64,000 bases of DNA, taken from positions 1,152,001 through 1,216,000 of the forward strand of contig CAXXVS010000003.1 in the NCBI GenBank assembly GCA_963674755.2, read 5' to 3'. This document shows positions 1-9,587 of this stretch, one piece after another. A model generated the notes under the pieces. That model saw only the letters and a list, made by a program, of their open reading frames with translations. It made no database searches and was not told the origin of the DNA. Within the stretch, counting starts at the first letter, position 1. Each line of letters starts with the position of its first letter. Made by a program: the position numbers and the translations under genes. This DNA is from Desulfobacterales bacterium. GTDB lineage: Bacteria; Desulfobacterota; Desulfobacteria; Desulfobacterales; UBA5852.

Positions 1-366
1 CTTATTTGATTCTGTCAGCATGTGGAACGTCAGCTCCAGGAGAAGCATGATGTCCATCTCTACAACCTGTTCCTGCACCCCGAAAATGAGGATCGCGAGG
101 TCAGCGCCTGGGGGTTGTCGCCCTCCGGCAGCCTGCTGGTTTGGATCGACTACGCCTTTGGCGATCCCGATTACATCCTGCAGCGTACCGCCGGGCGCTG
201 GTCGAACATGAAGGAGGCGCTGCCGCTGATCAAGGACAATGTCAAGGGCCGCGTCTATTTCAAAGTGTTCGGGAAAACGAAAGACAAGTGCGGGCATCCG
301 CAGGAGCACGGCGCGTTCGACGACTGCGACTTTCCCTTCTGGGAGCAGGCCTACTGGTGGCGGTAG
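1..366 (+). CDS. Hypothetical protein, 5' end uncertain (GTG at 22, or 5'-truncated with in-frame TGA at 7-9)
   Basis: 114-aa ORF with GC3-rich codon usage; the same frame upstream reads L-I-TGA-F-C. Confidence 0.6.
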
Positions 367-500
367 CCCGCATCGAAGCCTATGTCCGCGATGGACCGCC
401 CACTCCCGTCGCTATGGTTGAGAGGCAATAAGAAAACTGCATGGAGGCAGGTCTACACGCTTCAATTTTCATTATGGGAGGGGAGGGGATTGGGACAGAA

Positions 501-872
501 TCAGTCCCGGCCCAACCAAATGATCACCATCCCCACCAAAAATGCCATTAATGCGGAAGACATATCGCCGATCCAGGTAATGAGTTCGGCGATGCCCTTC
601 CATTCAATAGCCTGTGCCATTGCTTCGACGGAAACCCCGACTTTTGAAAGCAGGCCGGAAAGGGGCAACGCAAGCCAATGGCCATTTTTAAACCAAAGTC
701 CGATTTGAAAGAGAAAAATGCAGGCCGCCACCAATACGGCGAAGATACCGACAAAAATCAGAGAACATCCTGGCAGCCGATTACCTGATTTTCTTAACCG
801 CTCCAATGCCTCCCGGTTATAGCCGGCAAAGATTTGATCGAAGTCTTTGGGGTCGTCTGGTTCTTGATTCAT
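501..872 (-). CDS. Small hypothetical membrane protein
   Basis: ATG at 872 (MNQEPDD...); two hydrophobic segments; low-GC region. Confidence 0.5.
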   Translation of the reverse strand: MNQEPDDPKDFDQIFAGYNREALERLRKSGNRLPGCSLIFVGIFAVLVAACIFLFQIGLWFKNGHWLALPLSGLLSKVGVSVEAMAQAIEWKGIAELITWIGDMSSALMAFLVGMVIIWLGRD

Positions 873-1045
873 TTCACTGATCCCAAAAGCCGGAAATGAT
901 GAAGATTGGCTCTTCCCTAAATTTCCGCGCAATGCTGCTGTCCTTATACAACTAAAGCGGATAGAGGGGAAAGAGGGGATGTCCTGAAGCCGAAAGGACA
1001 AGTAGTGATTTCGCTGATATCCGGCCTTTAGAAATACGCCTGCAA

Positions 1046-1444
1046 GTGAACCGGTGGAGAACAGACTTGTTGGATATGTTTGCGGCATTGGGTAAGTGGT
1101 TTTGGCTTGTTTGCATCCTCGTAACGTTCCTCAATGGTGCCATTTTCTGGATTCGGGCCAAAAAGCGAATTCAGCAGAGCCCGACATTGGCGAACGGGTA
1201 CCGAACGATTATCAAGGGTTTCGTGACCTGGGGGAATCTGCCTTGGGTCGTCATGGGGGTTGGATGCACCATCGGGGGTGTCCCATCGGTATGGCATTAT
1301 TTCAATCCCCGAGACGGCAATGGTTATATCCCGGCCTTTTTTGCATCCGTCGTTCTCCTTTGGATTATAGGAAGCTATTGGATATTTTTTCGCGGTGGCG
1401 CGAAGGCCTTGGTCGATCACCCAGGAATATTCAAGACGCCCTAG
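1046..1444 (+). CDS. Hypothetical membrane protein (about 3 TM; start may be 1076)
   Basis: Hydrophobic, Trp-rich 132-aa ORF. Confidence 0.55.
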   Translation: MNRWRTDLLDMFAALGKWFWLVCILVTFLNGAIFWIRAKKRIQQSPTLANGYRTIIKGFVTWGNLPWVVMGVGCTIGGVPSVWHYFNPRDGNGYIPAFFASVVLLWIIGSYWIFFRGGAKALVDHPGIFKTP

Positions 1445-1928
1445 CGCATGCTGGAGGCAGGCGGAATACGATCGCTCCGATAGCCTCCGCCAAAATTCCC
1501 AGCGCTTACTTAAATTCCTCTTGAATTAGCACGGTGAAAGTTTTAAGGGATAGGCAACCGGCAAGCATGGGCAGGACGGCCCCGTCCTGCGAGGGGGATC
1601 AGAAATGAGTATCGGCGTTCGGCGACGCCTATGTACCGATAGCCCACCCGACGACGGGCGGGTGCACGACAACTTGGAATAAATCCGACCGCGCTAGTCC
1701 AGCGCGGTTTTTTATTTGATGTCCATCCATAAACGGCATCGTATGGTCCCTGGCGGCGAACCCGCTTGTTTTCATTCCTCGAAGCAGCGAGCTATGCCTC
1801 CGGCTGACACCCACCGTTGGGAATCGATCAGCCGGTAAGTCCTGCAAAGCGGGAAGACGCGCCCGGGCCTTGCCGGGAACCAAAATCTACCCTTTATGGA
1901 CGGACGCTATCGGGAAAGGAGAATCGCC

Positions 1929-3044
1929 ATGCGAACGACCGTTTGGATTCTTTGCTTCGTATTTCTGGCCATGTGTTTTACCACCACCGCCGGCGCGGCC
2001 GACACTTTCGACGAGCAGGCGCTCTACCAGGCGGCCAAGGCCGAAGGCGAGGTGAACATCTATTCCTATTCATCGCGCGTTTTCAAATTCGGCAAAACTT
2101 TCGAAGAAAAGTATCCCGGCATCAAGGTGAACGGTTTCGACATGGACTCTCCCGAGATCGTCACCAAGATCCTGGCGGAGCAGGCGGCCAAAAATTACGT
2201 GGCGGATGTCATCTTCCTGAAAGATCCGGCCACCGTCATCAATGAACTCTACAACCGAAAGCTGGTCTTCAATTACGTGCCGCCGGATTTGGAGGCGGTG
2301 ATCCCGGCGGAATACAAAGAACCGCTTCTGGTGCATCACGCCAGCGTGGACGCGCTGATCTACAACACTGCGAAAATGAGTGCGCCCCCCATAACCTCGC
2401 TGTGGGATCTGGCCAAACCCGAGTGGAAAGGACGCGTCATTTTCCCCGATCCCCAGAAGCTGTCCGAATTTGTCGAGGTTTTGGCGACCATCGTCCAGCA
2501 CGCCGATGACATGGCCGCCGAATACCAAAAGGTGTTCGGCAAAGCGATCAAACTGAGCCCGGGTGTCGAGAATGCCGGCTACGAGTGGATTCTGCGGCTG
2601 CTCAACAACGATGCCATCATCCAGGGCTCCACCAACGATGTGGCCAAGGCGGTGGGCCTTTCCAGCCAGGACAATCCCCCCGTGGGATTTACGGCTTACT
2701 CCCGTCTGCGGGACAAGGAAAAGGACCCCAATCTCAAATTCGACGTGATGGTGAACGTGGCCCCGGTGATGGGGATCAGCACGGACGTGGTGGTGGGCAT
2801 CGTCAACGCGGCCAAGCACCCCAATGCCGCCAAGCTTCTGATTCATTGGATGATGGGCAATGCCAAGGGCGGAGAAGGCTACAAACCGTATTACGTGCTG
2901 GGGAATTTCCCCGTCCGCACGGACGTGCCGCCCCCCAAGGGGTCCAAGAGCCTGTCGGACCTGAAGCTGTGGAAAGCCGATCCGAACTACATTTGGTACA
3001 ATGGGCAAAAAGTGCTCGACTTCTGGTTGGCGCACCTTCAATAG
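1929..3044 (+). CDS. ABC transporter substrate-binding protein (FbpA/AfuA-like)
   Basis: RBS aaaggaga, signal peptide, AAKAEGEVNIYS, DLAKPEWKG and HPNAAKLLIHW motifs. Confidence 0.9.
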   Translation: MRTTVWILCFVFLAMCFTTTAGAADTFDEQALYQAAKAEGEVNIYSYSSRVFKFGKTFEEKYPGIKVNGFDMDSPEIVTKILAEQAAKNYVADVIFLKDPATVINELYNRKLVFNYVPPDLEAVIPAEYKEPLLVHHASVDALIYNTAKMSAPPITSLWDLAKPEWKGRVIFPDPQKLSEFVEVLATIVQHADDMAAEYQKVFGKAIKLSPGVENAGYEWILRLLNNDAIIQGSTNDVAKAVGLSSQDNPPVGFTAYSRLRDKEKDPNLKFDVMVNVAPVMGISTDVVVGIVNAAKHPNAAKLLIHWMMGNAKGGEGYKPYYVLGNFPVRTDVPPPKGSKSLSDLKLWKADPNYIWYNGQKVLDFWLAHLQ

Positions 3045-3161
3045 GGCAATCGCAGGCAACGCAAGGCGGACGATGCCGGTTGCCGCAGGCGTCGGCGGAA
3101 GGCATGGATGCCGGCCTGTTCGGAATCGGGAATGGCATGCAAGCGGAGCTGCTCCGGGCCG

Positions 3162-4955
3162 ATGAAAACACGCAGGCTAATTTTAGGCTACAGCCGGTTT
3201 AAAAATTATATCCGCCGGCCTCATATCGTCATTGCGCTGGTTCTGCTGGTGATTCTGCTTTTCATCGTCCTCCTGCCGTTTGCCAAAATGGTGCAGGATT
3301 CCTTTGTCTGGCAGTTCGCCGATAGTCGCCTGTCGCGCGATGCCAATCCGGGAGGCTTTACCCTTTTCCACTGGAAGCGGGTCTTTGCCAGCGCGCTTAC
3401 TAAAAATACGCTGCTGCGCCCGCTCTATAACTCGCTTGCCATTTCGCTGAGCGTTTCCGCCGGTGCCATGGCCATCGGGGCCTTTTTAGCCTGGCTGGTG
3501 GCCCGCACCGATCTCCCCTTCAAAAAAACCATTACCACGGTGGCCGTGCTGCCGTACGTCATTCCGTCCTATATCCACGCGCTGGCCTGGCTCAATCTCT
3601 TCAAGAACGACCGCATCGGGGGGGCGGCAGGCGTTTTTCAGTATCTCACGGGGCTAAGCCCGCCGGACTGGCTCTCTTACGGGTATCTGCCCATCGTGAT
3701 AACGCTCTCTATCCATTATTTCCCCTTCACCTTTCTACTGGTGTCGGCGGCGCTGGCCAGCATCGATTCACGGTTGGAGGAATCCGGCGAGATTCTGGGC
3801 GCCTCACGGATCTATATCCTGCGGCGCATCACCTTCCCATTGGTGCTCCCGGCCCTGCTGTCCAGCTTCATATTGACCTTTTCACGCATCCTGGGCACCT
3901 TCGGGACACCTTACTTCCTTGGCACACCGGTGCGCTACTACACCCTGTCCACCCAGATTTACGCAAACATCATCAATCGCATCCCATCGGTGGGGTATAT
4001 CCTGGCCTTTGTGCTGATTGCGATTTCTTCGGTTATCATTTACTTCAACCAGCGTTTGATCGGCAAAGGCAAGAGCTACGTGACCATTGCCGGCAAGGGT
4101 TTCCAGATCACCCCGACGCCGCTGGGCCAATGGCGCTACCCTGCGCTGGGCATGGTCACCCTGCTATGCGTGATAGCGGTACTCATGCCGTTTGTGCTCA
4201 TTCTGTGGCAGACCTTTGCCCTTTATCCCAGCGATTATTCCCTGCGGCACCTGACGCTGCTGTTTTGGATCGGGGATGCCAATACGGCCTTTGCGGAAGG
4301 CGAGGCCGGCATCCTGCGCAATCCATTGATCATGGGGGCCGCATGGAACAGCATCAAGCTGGCCCTGACCGCATCGGTGCTTGCGGGATTGGTGGGCATT
4401 TTTATCGGCTACGCCGTCGTGAAGGGAAGACATACGCGGTTGTCCGCGGCCGTCGAACAAATGTCGTTTCTGCCCTATCTCGTCCCGGGCATCGCTTTCG
4501 GGGCCCTTTACCTGGCCCTGTTTTCCCACAACATCGGTCCCCTGCCGGCGATCTACGGCACGTTTTTCCTGGTGGCGCTGGTCTGCATCGCCAAAAACCT
4601 GCCGTTCACCGGCCGTGCCGGGATTACCTCCATGCTGCAAATCGGGAGCGAACTCGAAGAAGCCTCGGAAACCCTGGGCGCCCGGTGGACCATGCGCTTT
4701 CGCAAGATCATTTTGCCCCTGTCCATCCAGGGCGCGCTTTCAGGGTTTGTGCTCGTGTTCATCACGGTCATGCGGGAGCTTTCCCTGATCATTCTGCTGG
4801 TAACGCCGGAAACCCGTACCCTGACGACCATGACCTTTCGCTACCAGGAACAGGGCTACGCCCAGTTTTCCAGCGCCATCAGCGTCCTGATCATCGTCAT
4901 CGTGGTGGTGGGGGAATTGCTTTCCCGCAAGCTGGGCCGGAAGGGGTCGATATGA
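3162..4955 (+). CDS. ABC transporter permease, duplicated domain (FbpB/AfuB-like)
   Basis: Two EAA loops (LEESGEILGAS, LEEASETLGA); many TM segments. Confidence 0.92.
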   Translation: MKTRRLILGYSRFKNYIRRPHIVIALVLLVILLFIVLLPFAKMVQDSFVWQFADSRLSRDANPGGFTLFHWKRVFASALTKNTLLRPLYNSLAISLSVSAGAMAIGAFLAWLVARTDLPFKKTITTVAVLPYVIPSYIHALAWLNLFKNDRIGGAAGVFQYLTGLSPPDWLSYGYLPIVITLSIHYFPFTFLLVSAALASIDSRLEESGEILGASRIYILRRITFPLVLPALLSSFILTFSRILGTFGTPYFLGTPVRYYTLSTQIYANIINRIPSVGYILAFVLIAISSVIIYFNQRLIGKGKSYVTIAGKGFQITPTPLGQWRYPALGMVTLLCVIAVLMPFVLILWQTFALYPSDYSLRHLTLLFWIGDANTAFAEGEAGILRNPLIMGAAWNSIKLALTASVLAGLVGIFIGYAVVKGRHTRLSAAVEQMSFLPYLVPGIAFGALYLALFSHNIGPLPAIYGTFFLVALVCIAKNLPFTGRAGITSMLQIGSELEEASETLGARWTMRFRKIILPLSIQGALSGFVLVFITVMRELSLIILLVTPETRTLTTMTFRYQEQGYAQFSSAISVLIIVIVVVGELLSRKLGRKGSI

Positions 4956-5030
4956 TGGCGGGCCGCCCCTTCGGGAAACCTCGCGCAGGCGTCGGCGGAG
5001 ACGGCGCAATACTTGGAATGGAATACGGAT

Positions 5031-6143
5031 ATGGGAACGCCCCTCATCGAGGTTAAAAACTTAAGGAAAGTGTTCGGCAATGTGGTGGCGGTGGATGACG
5101 TCAGTTTTGCCATCCGGGAAAAGGAATTCCTCGCCCTGCTGGGGCCCTCCGGCTGCGGCAAGACCACGATCCTGCGCATGATTGCCGGCCTGGAGATGCC
5201 CACCAGTGGAGAAATCACCCTCAAAGGGCGGCCCGTTTTCTCCAGCCACCAAGGGGTCTTCGTGCCTGCCAGGGAAAGAGCGGTCGGCCTGGTCTTCCAG
5301 AGCTATGCCTTGTGGCCGCACATGACGGTCTTTGACAATATCGCCTTCGGGCTCAAGGTGCGCAATGAAAACGCCAAACGCATCGCGGAAAAAGTGGACG
5401 ATATCCTGGCCTACATGCAGCTTGAGGATATGCAGAAGCGCTATCCCCAGGAAATGAGCGGCGGCCAGCAGCAGCGGGTGGCCCTGGCCCGCATGCTGGT
5501 GAACAAGCCGGATATCCTCCTGATGGACGAACCCCTGTCCAACCTGGACGCCAAACTGCGCCTTGAGATGCGGGCCGAGATCAAGAATATTCATTCCCAG
5601 ACCGGCGCGACAACGGTTTATGTGACCCACGACCAGGTGGAGGGCCAGACCATGGCCAGCCAGATTGCCGTGATCAACCGCGGCCTCATCGAACAGATGG
5701 CATCCCCCAAAACCGTCTACAGTCGTCCGGCCAATCTCTTCGTGGCGGACTTCATCGGTTACCCCACCATCAACCTCATCGAGGGTCGGACCGGCCGCCA
5801 AGGGGAGGCCTGGGGTGTTTTCATCGAAGAGGGGCGGGGGTTTTTGGAGACCAGCTATAAAAATCTCCCCTCCGACATGAAGGTGGTGGCGGGCATAAGA
5901 CCGGAAAACATCCGCATTGCCGCGCAACCGCAGCTGAATGGCCTGGAGGGCGAGGTTCGCACCGTCCTTGCGGCCGGGCCCGAAACCGTGCTGCGCGTGC
6001 GGTGCGGCGGCCAAACCTTCAACCTCCTCGCTTCCCAGGAGATCAGCCTGTCGTCGGGAGCCAGGATCAACCTGGTCCTGCCGCCGGACAGCATTCTTGT
6101 TTTCGACCAGGAAACCGGACGATTGATAACCGATGCGGCATGA
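5031..6143 (+). CDS. ABC transporter ATP-binding protein (FbpC/PotA-like, C-terminal TOBE)
   Basis: Walker A GPSGCGKT, signature MSGGQQQR, Walker B LLMDEP. Confidence 0.95.
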   Translation: MGTPLIEVKNLRKVFGNVVAVDDVSFAIREKEFLALLGPSGCGKTTILRMIAGLEMPTSGEITLKGRPVFSSHQGVFVPARERAVGLVFQSYALWPHMTVFDNIAFGLKVRNENAKRIAEKVDDILAYMQLEDMQKRYPQEMSGGQQQRVALARMLVNKPDILLMDEPLSNLDAKLRLEMRAEIKNIHSQTGATTVYVTHDQVEGQTMASQIAVINRGLIEQMASPKTVYSRPANLFVADFIGYPTINLIEGRTGRQGEAWGVFIEEGRGFLETSYKNLPSDMKVVAGIRPENIRIAAQPQLNGLEGEVRTVLAAGPETVLRVRCGGQTFNLLASQEISLSSGARINLVLPPDSILVFDQETGRLITDAA

Positions 6144-7389
6144 CGACCTGAAACCGGACCGATTGAACACCTTTATCGCAGACGCCCATCGGGCTGCCGC
6201 ATGCTTTCGCGAGCATGTCGGCCGATCCCGGGCTTCGGCGACCGTCGTTCACCATAACGACGCCGACGGCATCGCGGCTGCGGCCGCCCTGGCCTACACC
6301 TTCCGCAAGCTCCATGTGGACGCCCGATTGCTCCCCATCGAGAAGGTGCATGGGCCGGTAGTGGAGGCCATCCATGCCGGGACGAAGGGGCCTATTTTAT
6401 ATGCCGATCTGGGAGGACAGTCCTGCCAGTTGATCGACCGGTATACCACCGACGGCCAGCAGGTGATCATTCTGGACCACCATCTGCCGGGCACGGATCT
6501 TGCCAGCCGTATCTTTCATCTGAACCCCGAACACCAGGGCATCAGCGGTGACAGCGAGGCCTCGGGAGCTGCGGTTTGCGCGTTTTTCGCGGCGGAACTG
6601 CTCAAGGAAACCGCCTCCGGGGCACAGGGGCCGGATGCGCTGCCGGCCCTGATGGGGGTGATCGGGGCGGTCGGAGACGGCCAGATGAGATCGGGAGCCT
6701 TGGCGGGGCTGAACCGCCTGCTGCTTGAAATCGCCCTCCAAAAAGGTGAAGTCGCTCTTGGTCCGAAGGGATATGCGGCGACATCCCGTTACGGAAACAA
6801 ATCCCTAAACGAGATCGTGGAGGTACTAAATCTCCTCGGATCCGTTGGATTTTATGCCGGGCATGCCCAGACCGGCGTCGACTACCTGCTTGGGATAGAA
6901 TCGCAGAAGGCGCTTCGCATTGCCAAAAAGCTTGGCGTGCTGAAGACATCCTATTTTGAAAAGGAAGCCGAGGTCATTGGTCGCAACGGCCTCTCGGCCT
7001 CCGCCCATCTGCAGTGGGTCGATCTGAAGGGGCGTTTCGTGCCCATGGGGGTCAAGGCCATCGGCCTTTTTCTGGAATGGCTGGCCGAACAGGAACCGGC
7101 CGCCCCGGACAAATATCTCATCGGGTTCCAGCACCTGCCTGCTGAAATGCCGGGGATCGGCGTCATCGAGGGCAATTTGACCAAAATATCCGCCCGGGTG
7201 CCCCGCCCCTTGCGGGAGCGGATTCTGGCAGGGCAGTTCCCGGATTTGATGACCCTCATCCCCCAGGCCACGGAGCGCGTGGGGGGCGTTGCGGACGGCT
7301 GCCACCGCTTTGCCGCGGCCTCTTTGATCGAACAGGGCCGGGAAAAAGCGTTTCGGCAGGCCCTGGAGGATATCTTGTCCCAAACGTGA
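6133..7389 (+). CDS. DHH-family phosphoesterase
   Basis: HHNDADG, ADLG, IILDHH, GAVGD motifs; DHHA1-like GGVADGCH; overlaps ATPase stop. Confidence 0.8.
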   Translation: MRHDDLKPDRLNTFIADAHRAAACFREHVGRSRASATVVHHNDADGIAAAAALAYTFRKLHVDARLLPIEKVHGPVVEAIHAGTKGPILYADLGGQSCQLIDRYTTDGQQVIILDHHLPGTDLASRIFHLNPEHQGISGDSEASGAAVCAFFAAELLKETASGAQGPDALPALMGVIGAVGDGQMRSGALAGLNRLLLEIALQKGEVALGPKGYAATSRYGNKSLNEIVEVLNLLGSVGFYAGHAQTGVDYLLGIESQKALRIAKKLGVLKTSYFEKEAEVIGRNGLSASAHLQWVDLKGRFVPMGVKAIGLFLEWLAEQEPAAPDKYLIGFQHLPAEMPGIGVIEGNLTKISARVPRPLRERILAGQFPDLMTLIPQATERVGGVADGCHRFAAASLIEQGREKAFRQALEDILSQT

Positions 7390-7543
7390 TAGACCGCCGC
7401 ACCTCACGTCAATTTCGGAACAGTAACATTCCAAAGGTGGGCCGATGTCCGGAAGCGGGCGCTATCCCCGAGGCTTATCGCTCAATTGATCGCCTATTGC
7501 ACGCTGGGTGTTGTCGGGGGGCAAGAGGTGGCCGGGGTGCGGT

Positions 7544-7837
7544 TTAGTGGATCTGGCAGCCTTCCGGTGTTTCACATTCCGGCCATAGGCGTTGGGGAAC
7601 GAAAGCCCGGATCTCGGCATGTCCGGTAGTGGTGAGAAACAGTCTCTGGTGCGCAGCTTCCTCCCGCAGAAAGCCCTTTTCCACCAGGGAATGAATGCTG
7701 GCGGTAATCTTGTCACCGGGGAGATCGGCATAGGTGCGGTAGATGACCCCGGTGTCCACCGGCCGGCAGGGGTCGCCTGCCACCAGCAGTTCGCACATCC
7801 GGTAGAGAATATTTTTGTCCAGATTCTGTAATTCCAT
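7544..7837 (-). CDS. Small hypothetical protein, possible winged helix
   Basis: ATG 7837 with RBS; LVEKGFL...LFLTTTG resembles a wHTH wing. Confidence 0.55.
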   Translation of the reverse strand: MELQNLDKNILYRMCELLVAGDPCRPVDTGVIYRTYADLPGDKITASIHSLVEKGFLREEAAHQRLFLTTTGHAEIRAFVPQRLWPECETPEGCQIH

Positions 7838-7917
7838 CGGTTGTTCCCCATCTTCATGCGGTTCAAAAGAAACCACCAGGGGATTGTCGTAAGGATCAAA
7901 CACCAGGTGGCAAGTTC

Positions 7918-8292
7918 TTATTGCCTGATCCAGGCCTGGGCGCGATCGGCTTCCCGGCGGTCGAAATACTTTACGTTAGCCGCTGTAAAGGGTTTGAGGA
8001 AGGCGGTCATGCCTTTTTCCCATCCGGCATCCCCCACCACGGCCAGCCGTTCGATGTCGCTGAAGTGCCGCGCCGCAAACTTGGTGTCCTCCCACAGGGC
8101 GCCGGCGGTCCAGCCCTTGAAATCGCGCAGTTCGACCAGCAGGCGGATCTTGGCCCCCCCCTTCATGAACCCCTCGAGTTCGGGGACGAACAGCTCGTAG
8201 TCTTCTTTTTCGAGCTTGCCTTTGAAGACGAGGGTCACGATATCCCCCACCGATGATGTCTCCACCTGGATTTCGTCAAAACCGAGGGTCAT
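7918..8292 (-). CDS. SpoIIAA-like (STAS/SEC14) protein
   Basis: F.GWT..ALWED.KF, RLAVVGD..W, VKYF motifs. Confidence 0.85.
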   Translation of the reverse strand: MTLGFDEIQVETSSVGDIVTLVFKGKLEKEDYELFVPELEGFMKGGAKIRLLVELRDFKGWTAGALWEDTKFAARHFSDIERLAVVGDAGWEKGMTAFLKPFTAANVKYFDRREADRAQAWIRQ

Positions 8293-8309
8293 GGGTATCC
8301 TTTTCTTTT

Positions 8310-8516
8310 CTATCGCGATTCCCCGATGTTGCAGCGATCGTTGAGATGCACACGGTAGAAATACCCCGCCAGTACCAGCATGGGGACGGCGGCCAATAAG
8401 CCGATCACCGGCAGGACGGTAATGCCGATGACACTAAAGCCGATACCGCCCAGCAGGAGGATTGTTGCAAGAAGCAGTTTGGAAAAGCGTTCCGGCATGC
8501 ATGCCTTGGATTGCAT
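8310..8516 (-). CDS. Small two-TM membrane protein
   Basis: RBS ggagg; hydrophobic hairpin; co-oriented with neighbours. Confidence 0.65.
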   Translation of the reverse strand: MQSKACMPERFSKLLLATILLLGGIGFSVIGITVLPVIGLLAAVPMLVLAGYFYRVHLNDRCNIGESR

Positions 8517-8655
8517 AATCAGCCTCCATTGAGTGGAAGGTCATACTGCTTGGGTTCATCTTAAGCGCCCCCAACGCAAAGAAGGGTGCGGACCGCCTCC
8601 GCGGTGGGCGCAACACCCCTCGTCGATGGCAAATTGCCGATGATCAGAACGGACC

Positions 8656-8814
8656 TTATTGGGGCAGGCGCCGGGCAAAGGCCTTGGCCTCGTCCGGGGC
8701 CAAGCGCCGCATGTTTTCTCCACAGCATACCAGGTCCCCCACGCCCCCTTCCAATACGAAGACGACATTGCCGCATGCCTCGCACCTGTAAATCTCGTTT
8801 GGGGCAGCCCCCAT
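8656..8814 (-). CDS. Stand-alone desulforedoxin (52 aa; not in ORF track)
   Basis: RBS gaggagg; [52 protein letters not shown] with CxxC...CC Fe(Cys)4 motif. Confidence 0.9.
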   Translation of the reverse strand: MGAAPNEIYRCEACGNVVFVLEGGVGDLVCCGENMRRLAPDEAKAFARRLPQ

Positions 8815-9252
8815 GGTCGTTCCTCCTCAAATCGGTCCGGTTCGCATCCCAACACCATCGACGAGCTTGAAGCGGGGTGCGACCTCACGTTCGTTTCCAT
8901 TTCCAAAGATAATGATTGATGGCGGAAGCACAATAAGGGAATCCATGTATCCCCGGCGACTCAGTTGCGTATGTGGGGGACCCTGGTGGAAGTTCCCGTG
9001 GACCCATCCCCTGCGCGATGGGTCGGAAGACGCGCTATCGTTGCCTATCAACGGCGGCGAGAATGGCGGCTCTCTGCGGATTGGCGCATTTAGCCTGGCC
9101 TATAAATAAGGCCGGCCGCCATTACGATCCCGGTAAAACGGCGCGTTTGGCCGCCCGTTATCACCCTTTAGCGTTTGAAAGTCATGCGCGTGGGATCGGA
9201 CGCATTTGCCGGCGGCGTCCGGCGTGCCTATGGTCCGCCTATGAATTCGAAT

Positions 9253-9522
9253 GGCCGATGACGCGGCGCCTCGTGCCGCCGTGCGGCGTTGTCAGGCTAA
9301 CTCGGGTGCTCACAATCTGAAGATTGCTGCGCGCCTCGTTTCACCTGACGCCTTGCCCGGCAGCACGATGCTTGCGCCATCAACCGATTGAAGCGGCCGG
9401 AGCGCGCGGAAACTCACTTCGCTCAGACCCGCCTGCGGCAAACCTTCGGCGGACAGGCAATCCGCACGCTTTAATCCGTCCGCCCCGCCGATGCTCGGCG
9501 CGGGACAAAGGGGAATTGAAAA
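9253..9522. repeat. Composite intergenic repeat copy 1 (125-bp ERIC-like module plus palindromic module)
   Basis: Closely similar to 18557-18852. Confidence 0.85.
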
Positions 9523-9587
9523 CCAAACCACAAAAACCACTTGGCGGCCTTCAAACCGCCCTAACCCCAGCAAGAGGGAGAATGACG

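Noticed and set aside
1560..1920. Possible riboswitch upstream of the ABC operon
   Set aside because: A hairpin exists at 1571-1590, but I could not match cobalamin, TPP or c-di-GMP consensus; an Rfam scan would settle it
8905..8922. Fur box (gataatgatt)
   Set aside because: Only a half match to the 19-bp consensus
9324..9587. Long N-terminal extension of sodC
   Set aside because: It reads through the repeat element; the RBS supports a start at 9588
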